A DNA stretch of 60,115 nucleotides, filler included. It is 6 parts of 6 records of this genome, joined end to end, with 100 filler letters (N's around TTAATTAATTAA, not from the genome) between each part and the next. Parts side by side here need not be neighbours in the genome. Positions count along the whole stretch, not along the records: positions 25,162 to 32,163 come from SRR31147125_3439; positions 32,264 to 38,848 come from SRR31147125_3457; positions 38,949 to 47,701 come from SRR31147125_3462; 3 more parts are not named here. The stretch is one strand, 5' to 3'. Below are positions 31,130 through 40,171 of this stretch, in pieces. The notes beneath the pieces were generated by a model. That model had not been told where the DNA came from. It saw only the letters and a list, made by a program, of their open reading frames with translations, and searched no databases. How positions within the stretch are numbered: the stretch's first letter is position 1; each line of letters opens with the position of its first letter. Position numbers and translations under genes: made by a program.

Positions 31130-32134
31130 ATGCAAATTGAACATATAAAAGACGGCATCAAACTAAGAGCAACTTGCCCACCTCAAAAAATCGCTAAATC
31201 ACACTATTTCTATAAGCAACTCTTTGAAATATGCAATTTTTCAATCATTGTAACATGCAAGGATTCTGGGGTCATTATCGATGCAAACAATCATGCTACA
31301 AAACTATTCAATAGAGATCTAGTTGGATTTCATATTAGTGACCTTCATCCATTATCAAAATTAAGCGGTTTTGACATTGACGATAAAGATTTTATGCTAA
31401 AAGAACTTGAAATAAGTTCAGAGGATACCAATTTTGCAATATTGATATTATTCCGAGCAATTTATTCACATGATCTCAATTCCGACACGTTCTTAGCAAC
31501 AATGGCTCATGAACTTAGAAACCCTATTAGCGTAATAAAAGTTGCTTCATACAATATCAACAGAAAGAGCTCCAACGAGTCAATTAAGGGAAACCTCTCA
31601 AGAATCGACAAAAAACTTCTTGAGTGTGATGAAATCATTGATGACTGCTTAAACCTCGCAAAAAAAGAGATTAAGAGATTTAAAAAGGTGTCGATACTCA
31701 ATGCTATCAGAGAATGCCTTACTCATTATTCAAAAAAACATAAAGACTGCAATATCACTCTTGATCTAAATAACGAGTCTGATGATGACAACATTCTGAT
31801 TTTTTGCAATCCGACACATCTGAATCAAATTCTACACAATGTCATTAAAAATGCATGTCAAGCTGTGCCAAAAAATTCTGGAACAATAACTATTTCCCTG
31901 CAGACATTTTCTGATGGCAATACCTGCAAAGTTTCCATTGCTAATGATGGTCACACTATTAGTCCTGAAAATTTGGAAAAAGTACTACTCCCCTTCTTTT
32001 CTACTAAACAAGGGGGAACAGGGCTTGGTTTGGCAATCACAAAGCAGCTAATGTCATTAAATGGCGGCAAACTCGAAATAGACAGTAATGAAACAGATGG
32101 GACTACAGTTTCACTGTTTTTCACAACAGCCTAA
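31130..32134 (+). CDS. Soluble histidine kinase with a degenerate PAS-like N-terminus
   Basis: IIDANNHATKLF (PAS-like); MAHELRNP; NVIKNACQA; PFFSTKQGGTGLGL. Confidence 0.88.
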   Translation: MQIEHIKDGIKLRATCPPQKIAKSHYFYKQLFEICNFSIIVTCKDSGVIIDANNHATKLFNRDLVGFHISDLHPLSKLSGFDIDDKDFMLKELEISSEDTNFAILILFRAIYSHDLNSDTFLATMAHELRNPISVIKVASYNINRKSSNESIKGNLSRIDKKLLECDEIIDDCLNLAKKEIKRFKKVSILNAIRECLTHYSKKHKDCNITLDLNNESDDDNILIFCNPTHLNQILHNVIKNACQAVPKNSGTITISLQTFSDGNTCKVSIANDGHTISPENLEKVLLPFFSTKQGGTGLGLAITKQLMSLNGGKLEIDSNETDGTTVSLFFTTA

Positions 32135-32163
32135 TAACTACCCACTCACTTAATCAGTTTTTT

Positions 32164-32263
32164 NNNNNNNNNNNNNNNNNNNNNNNNNNNNNNNNNNNNN
32201 NNNNNNNTTAATTAATTAANNNNNNNNNNNNNNNNNNNNNNNNNNNNNNNNNNNNNNNNNNNN
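32164..32263. other. Artificial contig spacer
   Basis: N-run containing TTAATTAATTAA. Confidence 0.99.
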
Positions 32264-32639
32264 AAAAGGCGTAACGCAGAAGTTGGACTTTTCTGGCAAG
32301 CACTAATTAAAAACCATTTTACACCACCCCGCTGTCGTTTCTCTCCAGCACCCCTCCTCTTCTTACGAAAATGAGGGGAAATATCCGTGCTCCAAACGTG
32401 TTTCATCCTACAATTCTGAAAATTGGAATGCGAACATACTCCACTATTTTGAGGTGGTGGTGGTGTAAAGAACTTCCCAATAATCCAAAATCATTTATGA
32501 TTTTCTCATTCCTATCAGTTTTTCACATTCAAATTTATGGAAAGCAGAAAAATTATCAGCATATTCGCTTATTCAAAGCTTTTTCAAAAGCGTGAACAAG
32601 TTAAATCACTAAGGTACAAATATTTCGCAAAGGGATTTT

Positions 32640-33875
32640 ATGAGCATTTTTCAAGATAAGAAGAACAATTTTACCAAGATTCTATTGGCTACCGAGAAAA
32701 AATTCGGGCATGGAAAATCTTCTGACTGGAAAAATAAGGATTTTGAAAACCTGAGTTTTGAAATTAACCGCGAAACAAAAATTCTGATTAGCCCGGCCAC
32801 ACTAAAACGCTTATTCGGCAAGGTAAAAACCAGCGAAAACTACACCCCTCAGGAAATTACCATTCAGGCCTTAAAAGACTATTCCGGTTTCGTAGAATCT
32901 GTAACAAAAAAACCGACAGGTGCTAAACGCAGACTTTATCTCTCTTTATCGGCCATTCTTCTCTTTTTAATTGCGTTTGGAATTGTATTTCTCACGAAAA
33001 ACAAGGATACAACCAGATTTACAGAAGATTGTATTCTGGAACTTGTAAAAGTAGAGGGGCAAGGACCGGCAACAGCTTTTTTCAAATATTCGGTACCCGA
33101 AAATAACGACAGCATTTTTCTGGATTACGGCGATGCAACCCAATGGACACACATTGAAGGAAAAGACCGCACACGGACACACTTTTATGGAATACCCGGA
33201 TTGTTAGAGGCCGGTATCCGAACACGAACCACACGACTTTCCCACCCTGTAAATGTGTTTATTCCTACAACCGGATTGAAAGCTCTTGCTTATTATTTAG
33301 AGGAAAAGGAAGTGAACCGGTACTACCCCGTTCCACTGGAGGGAAATATAAACAATGGTATTTTTCATGCTTCAAGAAAAAGTCTGGCAGGAATTGGATT
33401 AGACTCCACAAAAATTGTTGTCGTTCAACTGGATAATTACAGCGAGACAAATAAAAACGGAGATTCGTTTGTCTTGAAATCAAACTTTAAAAACAATTCT
33501 TTTTGGCCGGGTATTCGGTGTTATTCTGTTTACTATACTGTGCAAGGAACGTTTGGACAAATCATGTTTAAATTTGTGGGTAAAGGTTGTAGTGGTTATG
33601 GCGAATATGTACTAAGCGAAAAATCGGCTTCGGGTGCCGGTGCCGATCTTTCCGGTTTTGCAGTTAATTTAAACAACTGGTCGGAAATTGAAATCAGGAA
33701 TGAAAACAAAAATGTGAGTGTGCTGATTGCAGGATCTGAAATCTTTAACGATTATTACGAACAATCAATTGGTGAAATATTGGGAACCACCATCATGTTT
33801 CATGGAAGTGGTGCTCTGGATTATTTTTATTTGAATGATGTAAATGGCGACGTTATTTTCGAGGAAGGATTTTAG
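32640..33875 (+). CDS. Bacteroidota-type single-pass membrane protein (helical N-terminal domain, TM, PKD-like/beta-rich region)
   Basis: WKNKDFENLS..I...ISPATLKRLFGK N-terminal motif; TM at about aa 100-118; LDYGD...HFYGIPG PKD-like segment. Confidence 0.6.
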   Translation: MSIFQDKKNNFTKILLATEKKFGHGKSSDWKNKDFENLSFEINRETKILISPATLKRLFGKVKTSENYTPQEITIQALKDYSGFVESVTKKPTGAKRRLYLSLSAILLFLIAFGIVFLTKNKDTTRFTEDCILELVKVEGQGPATAFFKYSVPENNDSIFLDYGDATQWTHIEGKDRTRTHFYGIPGLLEAGIRTRTTRLSHPVNVFIPTTGLKALAYYLEEKEVNRYYPVPLEGNINNGIFHASRKSLAGIGLDSTKIVVVQLDNYSETNKNGDSFVLKSNFKNNSFWPGIRCYSVYYTVQGTFGQIMFKFVGKGCSGYGEYVLSEKSASGAGADLSGFAVNLNNWSEIEIRNENKNVSVLIAGSEIFNDYYEQSIGEILGTTIMFHGSGALDYFYLNDVNGDVIFEEGF

Positions 33876-33892
33876 TAGTTACATCCAACATT

Positions 33893-34648
33893 TTATCTTC
33901 TATAACCACGACTTTGCTTCTCTTTATTCTTCACAAAAATTAGTTTATGCTTGCTTTTATGACTTTCTCGTTGTTCTATTTCAAATTTTCCGGTTGAATT
34001 AATAAGTGGTGTTAATTTCTGGAAACCATAATTACGGGGATCAAAATTTGGTTGTTTCTTTTGTAACAGGCTGCCAACATCGCCTAAAAAAGCCCATCCA
34101 TCATCATCCGACAAATCGTTAATTGTTGTGGCAATAAGTTTTATTTCCTTGCCCGTTATTTTATCGAAAGTTTCTTTGTCGGTATCCTTCACATCTTCCG
34201 ATTCTTTTTCCTTCGATTTAGTTTTCAAAACTTCAATGTACACGAACTTATCGCAGGCAACAATAAACGGATTTGGAGTTTTTTTCTCTCCAATGCCAAT
34301 TACCTGCATTCCGGCTTCTCGTAAACGGGTTGCCAGACGGGTAAAATCGCTGTCGCTCGATACCAGGCAAAAGCCATTTACTTTTCCCGAGTACAGAATA
34401 TCCATTGCATCAATTATCATTGCCGAATCGGTGGCATTTTTACCAACGGTGTATGCGTATTGCTGAATCGGAGTTATAGCATTTTCAAGAAGCATATTCT
34501 TCCATTTAGATAAGCTGGGTTTGGTCCAGTCGCCATAAATTCTTTTAATGGTTGGATTTCCATATTTGGCAATCTCTTCCATCATTTCTTTTACGTGCGC
34601 CGACGGTATATTATCGCCGTCAATGAGTACTGCTATATTTAAATTCAT
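33893..34648 (-). CDS. NYN (LabA/DUF88, PIN-like) domain protein with C-terminal OST-HTH/LOTUS
   Basis: AVLIDGDN, KRIYGDW, GKNATD, SSDSDFTRLA, FDPRNYGFQKL. Confidence 0.92.
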   Translation of the reverse strand: MNLNIAVLIDGDNIPSAHVKEMMEEIAKYGNPTIKRIYGDWTKPSLSKWKNMLLENAITPIQQYAYTVGKNATDSAMIIDAMDILYSGKVNGFCLVSSDSDFTRLATRLREAGMQVIGIGEKKTPNPFIVACDKFVYIEVLKTKSKEKESEDVKDTDKETFDKITGKEIKLIATTINDLSDDDGWAFLGDVGSLLQKKQPNFDPRNYGFQKLTPLINSTGKFEIEQRESHKSKHKLIFVKNKEKQSRGYRR

Positions 34649-34804
34649 TTGTTTCTAAAATTAAATTACGAGGCTTGTTTTTTTGGGTGGGTGACCAAAA
34701 ATAACACAATGTCTTCACTATTTTAATTGATTTGCGAATCACCCGCTTATATAAAGGTACGAAACATTATACTAAAATTACCTCAAAATGAACTTCGCTT
34801 ATAT

Positions 34805-35155
34805 TTACAGGTTAATTTCTCTCTTCTGTTTTCTTAAAATTAACGAATAAGTTATAACAATGTAAGCTGCAAAATAAGTTGGCAAAATTAGAAAATCTAA
34901 TGTTTTATACGCAAGAAACTCAGTAAGCGAAATAATAGTATCAGACAGCAATATGAATGAAATTCCTGCAACGCAAGTCCATTTTACTATTCCCCGAAAG
35001 CAAATTCCTACTGCGGCAGCAAGCGAAATACACGAAATAATTAAATAAATTAAAGTAGCAACCAGTAAAACCTTATCGTTAATTGCCGGATACAAACAAA
35101 GAAAAAAGAATATAAGATATTCCCCCAGTACAATTGCTGATACTATGCGTTTAGT
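34805..35155 (-). pseudogene. C-terminal half of a YhhN/lysoplasmalogenase-like membrane protein; no intact start
   Basis: LIYLIISCISL..A....GISFILLSDTII...LILPTYFAA. The frame is closed by a stop just upstream, and the N-terminal half is missing. Confidence 0.5.
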
Positions 35156-35185
35156 ATTTTAACTTTGGCTTTCATTGAGTAAACC

Positions 35186-36168
35186 TTAATCTTTTAGCAA
35201 GCGCATCCTTATTTTCCAGTCGTCGAGATATTCTTTCCTGAATTTATTAACCGTTTTAGCACCCGGTTTATTGTTTTCAATTAGCGAGTCTGCCGGATTA
35301 TCGGTCCAGTACTTAGGGCCGTGATTATTTTTAATAAATGCGCCTCCCCAACTTTCACTTTCAGGATTATTTATATCGCCATTTAACATGTACAAAACAG
35401 AAGGAGTATCACCCATTTTTATATCTTTTTTCTTTTGCCAAAACAATTCTCCCAACGCACCATAATCCTTTACAAAAGTTTCAACAAAAGAACGATTCCC
35501 ATAATTTCCTTATAGTATCCGCCCATGTACATGCCGCGTAAAGTTGTGTTATTTTCAATCCACCACAAATCAGGGTGATGTTCAAACAGATAATTTCTGG
35601 AATTTGGGTCCTGTTTTGTGTTCCACGTTCCGAGCGAGTAAACACGTATATTCTTTTTTATTTCAGGCTTAAAATGAACCGCTTGTGCAACATCGGTTAT
35701 CGAGCCCCAAACCAAAATATATAAAGGTTCTCCAGTGCTTTTTTTAGCCTCATTAATTATCCATTGTGCGCCGTCGCTTAATTCCGTTGGAAGATCGCCT
35801 GCTTGTGCCTCAATAGCTCCTTGCTTGGTTATACTAAAAAGATAGTCGGGCGCTGGAAAACAATCGGAATGCTTTTGCAGTTTTGGGTAATCTTTTTGGT
35901 AACACTGCAGCACCTCTTTAATATGTGTTATTCTGCCGGCTTGAGGAGGCGAACTAATCAGCCCTTTTATATCGAAGCAGTCGGCATAAACCAGCAAATG
36001 CACCATCGACTGGAAATCATCGGGGTCGCTGCCACCAATGTCGGTACTTACAATAACTTTAGGCCGGTTTTTACAATTAGTTTCATCGAAAGAGGTCTTG
36101 GCAAAACCTCCAATAAAGCCAAACAAAAAGATATTTAGCAGAATAGTTCGTTTAAAAAAATTACTCAT
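35186..36168 (-). CDS. Secreted DUF1593 / nucleoside-hydrolase-like protein (frameshift near 35470-35510)
   Basis: Signal peptide; VIVSTDIGGSDPDDFQSMVHLLVYAD; VWGSITD; second frame KMGDTPSVLY...ESWGG. Confidence 0.8.
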
Positions 36169-36183
36169 ATTTTAGGTTTAGTT

Positions 36184-36941
36184 TTACGGGTATAGTTTAA
36201 GTTTTTCTTTTACCAACTTATAAAACTCTTCATAGTTTGAAAGCATTGCGGGATGCCCACCTGTTTCGAACAAATGAATTTCCAGGCTCTTGTTTTTCGC
36301 TTTAAGGCCGGCATAAATTTTATCGAGGTAATCGCAAAATTCATCTTGTTTGCTGCCGGTTAGAATGGCTGGAACCGATATTTCTGAAATTGATTTATGA
36401 AAAAAAGAAGTGCCCTGTTTATGGAAATTCAAAAGCATTTCAGTATCCAAATCAACCACCTTTTCCCAATCGTTGCCATGATTAAAAGCCCAAAATCCTT
36501 TAAGCTCATCCATTGTTTTTCCGGCTTCACGATCTGCTTTAAGCGAATTAATGTACGACGATAAAGGATATTCGCCCTCGAAACTATCGGCCACCAAATA
36601 TTTAATCTTTTCAGGATACTCCAAAGCTAAATTTATACCTACCAAAGCTCCGCCACTTGTTCCAATCACTGAAACTTTTTCGAGATTTAATTCCTCGATT
36701 AACGCATAACAAACGCACGAATTATAAAACCAAAAATCGGTTTTAAACTTTTCCAATCTATCCGACTTTCCATGCCCCGGAAAATCTATTACAATCACCT
36801 GAAATTCTTTCGAATACATTTCCAGTACTGAATCGAACATCATAGACGATGCTGTGTTACCAAGGCAAACAACAGAAGAGGTTCTCCTTTTCCGGCAACT
36901 TGGTAGAAAACCTTTTTATTTTCGTAGTTAAAATATGCCAT
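36184..36941 (-). CDS. Alpha/beta hydrolase (frameshift near 36865)
   Basis: MAYFNYENKKVFYQVAGKGEPL...GNTASS, DFPGHGKS, nucleophile GTSGG, catalytic GHP. Confidence 0.85.
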
Positions 36942-36981
36942 GGTTTAGTTTTTTTTGTAATACAATCTAATTTCTGCGCTT

Positions 36982-38544
36982 TTAAAAATAGCCATAATAC
37001 AAGTACAATGCACCGTAAGTCCAGTTAGGACCTTTTATGCCCGGATAATTATAACGATCCATCATTAATGCCACATAACGGCAAAAATATCCTTTAGGTA
37101 ACTGAACAACGTTAGGCCAAACGCGCGTTCCGGCCTGTTTATCCCATGGAGGCAAATCCATTTTTAAAGGTTCCATTTCCTTTAATTCAGGATAAGAATA
37201 AACAAATATTTTCCGTTCCGAACTTCCAGAGAAACAATAGCGTTTATCTCCAATTTTCTGAATAGAAGTTCCGGTTGAATTGTGATTTACCGGGCCTGTA
37301 ATTTTCACATAATCTTTATCCCAATAATCAGATTCCATCATAATAGCCTTGTATCCTTCGCCCGCATTTTCGCAGGTTAACATTCTCCATTTCTGAGCGT
37401 CCTCATCGAAAACAATATGCGGGTCTTCAATGTCGCCAACCATACCAAAAGGTTTGGCAGTCATTACCGAGAAACCAAAACGCGGATCTTTCTTACTTTC
37501 TATAGTCAGCAACTGTTTTTTCTCTTTGTCAGGATTGGCATAAGCACTAAAGCCGGTTGTCAGTCCACGCCAAATTTTATCTTTTCTGTCGTAAAAAATA
37601 TGCGAAGCTATTTCGTTTCTGAGTATCCCGTCATTTCGGTCGAACACAATAATTCCTTCCAGATTAATATTAAAAGTTGTTGGATTAAGGCTGAATACGC
37701 CCTGAATATGGTGGGGCAATGCTCGTCCGCGAATAGACATGGTGTACCAAACTTTTCCGTGATCTAAAACAGGCTCTCCATTTTCGTAAGTAATGGCCCG
37801 GATATCGGCCTGACCGGTTCCTGTTGAGAAGCCAATTTTAGCATTATTTACACTAACGTTCCCTTTTTCGAGTTGAATAAAAAGATTGGTATGGAACGAT
37901 TGAATGTACTTTTTCGCCCGTAAATCGATGTATTGGTTATAATCGCCCTGCCCTATTGGCAACGGCAATTCGTTGTCCTTTTTCAGGTAAAGCACAAAAC
38001 CACCTCCCAACATTTGAACGATGAGTTTCCCTTTTAGCTCTTGTCCTTCACCAAAATTTATACCTGCATCTTTTTGAACAGTTTCTTTTGATTTTTTTAA
38101 TACTGAGAATTTTACTCCGGCAAGCATATTGTTTTTGGCCATAACCGAAAGCAACAAAGACTCACTCCTTTCAACATCAGTAAATTCGAAGCCAATTTCT
38201 CCGTTTCCTGAAAACGCTTCCAGGCTGATTGAATACGTTGCAAAGGGATTAAAACCTCCGAGCCAGATTGCTGTTTGGCTTTCCTCATCTGATTCAATAG
38301 TAAGTCTTCCCTCATCGACATTTACAGTGGCTTTTGTTTCGTTTAAATACTCCACCGGATGCATTGATGCCATTCCAATAATATTCTCAGGTTCGAGCTT
38401 GGCCAGAGGAATGGTTTGGTTTTCATCGAAAATTAAACGTTGAACTCCCTGCCGGGTAAAATGCAGATTATTGGGTGATTGCCGGCTGAAAGCATATACA
38501 CCGGCCAATAAGAATAAGGCTAAAAGCAGTTTGGTTTTTACCAT
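36982..38544 (-). CDS. Secreted hypothetical protein with a possible beta-propeller glycoside-hydrolase-like C-terminus
   Basis: Signal peptide; DIRAIT, IEDPHIVFD...KWRML and WPNV repeats reminiscent of five-bladed propellers; family not assigned. Confidence 0.5.
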   Translation of the reverse strand: MVKTKLLLALFLLAGVYAFSRQSPNNLHFTRQGVQRLIFDENQTIPLAKLEPENIIGMASMHPVEYLNETKATVNVDEGRLTIESDEESQTAIWLGGFNPFATYSISLEAFSGNGEIGFEFTDVERSESLLLSVMAKNNMLAGVKFSVLKKSKETVQKDAGINFGEGQELKGKLIVQMLGGGFVLYLKKDNELPLPIGQGDYNQYIDLRAKKYIQSFHTNLFIQLEKGNVSVNNAKIGFSTGTGQADIRAITYENGEPVLDHGKVWYTMSIRGRALPHHIQGVFSLNPTTFNINLEGIIVFDRNDGILRNEIASHIFYDRKDKIWRGLTTGFSAYANPDKEKKQLLTIESKKDPRFGFSVMTAKPFGMVGDIEDPHIVFDEDAQKWRMLTCENAGEGYKAIMMESDYWDKDYVKITGPVNHNSTGTSIQKIGDKRYCFSGSSERKIFVYSYPELKEMEPLKMDLPPWDKQAGTRVWPNVVQLPKGYFCRYVALMMDRYNYPGIKGPNWTYGALYLYYGYF

Positions 38545-38759
38545 GGTTAGTTTTTTAGGTTCAGTTGGTTAAAGTTAGAATTTTAATTCATTTTTTCGAT
38601 GCTGGAGGCTTTTTAGCTTGTATGAAATTATGCTTTTTGACTAACGACGGAATGAATGCCGGAGTTAGTCATTTTAACACAGTATGTTTTATCCGCTGTC
38701 TCAAAAATTACAAAATCAGGCAATGGCTTAAATCCCCATTTTTTTTGCATAATGAAAAA

Positions 38760-38848
38760 GATGCTGAATCCGGCATCTGCCGGACAGCATGACATACCTG
38801 GTATATTTGTAATACTTATTAAGAACGTCACCCTGAACTCGTTTCAGG
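38760..38848. repeat. REP-like palindromic repeats (GTCA-type) at the contig end
   Basis: GATGCTGAA...CAGCATGAC (38760-38793) and GTCACCCTGAACTCGTTTCAGG (38827-38848). Confidence 0.6.
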
Positions 38849-38948
38849 NNNNNNNNNNNNNNNNNNNNNNNNNNNNNNNNNNNNNNNNNNNNTTAATTAA
38901 TTAANNNNNNNNNNNNNNNNNNNNNNNNNNNNNNNNNNNNNNNNNNNN
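38849..38948. other. Artificial contig spacer
   Basis: N-run containing TTAATTAATTAA. Confidence 0.99.
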
Positions 38949-38964
38949 AAAAAGGAGGATTAGT

Positions 38965-40131
38965 ATGAAACAGAAATTTAAACAAAATATATTTCTTATT
39001 TTATCAATACTTATTAGTATCTATATTCCGTTAATAGGAAGTTTGATAAAGTATAATGGAGATATTCCAGGATATGGAGATTTTCCAGCGAAACAAGTTA
39101 TTTCGCCTCCAGGATTCGATCCTATTTTTTTTGGAGTAGGAGTTATAATTGCTTTAACTATTACAATATTTTTATTATTTCCTAGAATGTTTGGATTTAA
39201 AAAAAATAGTGTAGAGAAACTTAACGTAGGAGCAACTTCGTTTCCAGTGTGGTTTAAATATGGAATAATAATATTTACGGTGAGCTTCTTAATATTTTGG
39301 GGAAAAATTCCATTAATTGATAATTTTATAGATTCATTTATGTTTGTTCCATTATGGTGGGGAATGATATTAATATTAGATGGAATTGTGTATAAAAGAA
39401 GTGGTGGGAGATCATTAATAGCTTCCAAAATGAAAACCCTTGTTTTATTGGCAATAGTTTCAAGTGTCGGTTGGTTTATTTTTGAATATCTTAATTTTTT
39501 CATTTTAGAAAATTGGTATTATCCAAATAATAAAGTATTTACTGTTTACGGAAATTACGTATGGTATATGGCTTCATATACGATAATTTTTCCACAACTG
39601 TTTGAGATTTATAATTTATTTGAAACGATTCCGAGTATTAGAGATAAGTACAAATATGGTCCAAAGGTTGAATTTACAAAATCTAAGCAATATCTGATCC
39701 TTGGTCTAGGAATTGTATTCTCATTTTTAATGGGTTTATTTCCTCGGCAGTTATTTTTTACTGTTTGGACAAACCCAGTTCTTATAATGGCGGGAATTTT
39801 AGGACTATTAGGTATTTGGAATCTTTTTTCACCAATGAAAAGCGGAGATTGGTCAAAATTATTATTGATTGGAATAGCTATGGTTGTCTGCGGTCTGATG
39901 TGGGAATTTGTTAATTTTGGGAGTGAAAAATTTTATAATTATGCTCCAGTGAATCCAAGTTACTGGAAGTATGCTGTTCCTTATGTTAACAAGATTCATC
40001 TACCGTTTTCTGAGATGCCGATTTTAGGTTATTTTGGTTATATACCTTATGGATGGGCATGTTGGTTGCAATGGACATTGGCCGCTAAGTTATTTGGTTT
40101 TGATGAGAAAATAAGCATTGAAGATAAATAG
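38965..40131 (+). CDS. Conserved polytopic membrane protein of unknown function
   Basis: AGGAGG RBS; about 9-10 TM segments; repeated E..N....W.Y motifs (FEYLNFFILENWYYP; WEFVNF...YWKYAVPY..EMPILGY). Confidence 0.75.
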   Translation: MKQKFKQNIFLILSILISIYIPLIGSLIKYNGDIPGYGDFPAKQVISPPGFDPIFFGVGVIIALTITIFLLFPRMFGFKKNSVEKLNVGATSFPVWFKYGIIIFTVSFLIFWGKIPLIDNFIDSFMFVPLWWGMILILDGIVYKRSGGRSLIASKMKTLVLLAIVSSVGWFIFEYLNFFILENWYYPNNKVFTVYGNYVWYMASYTIIFPQLFEIYNLFETIPSIRDKYKYGPKVEFTKSKQYLILGLGIVFSFLMGLFPRQLFFTVWTNPVLIMAGILGLLGIWNLFSPMKSGDWSKLLLIGIAMVVCGLMWEFVNFGSEKFYNYAPVNPSYWKYAVPYVNKIHLPFSEMPILGYFGYIPYGWACWLQWTLAAKLFGFDEKISIEDK

Positions 40132-40171
40132 AGAGAAATAAAAAGATATATGCGAATTGGAGGAATTGATA

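Noticed and set aside
32264-32600. ORF 32371-32595 and a possible MITE end at the contig start
   Set aside because: No recognisable protein features; the repeat-like end cannot be verified from a single truncated copy.
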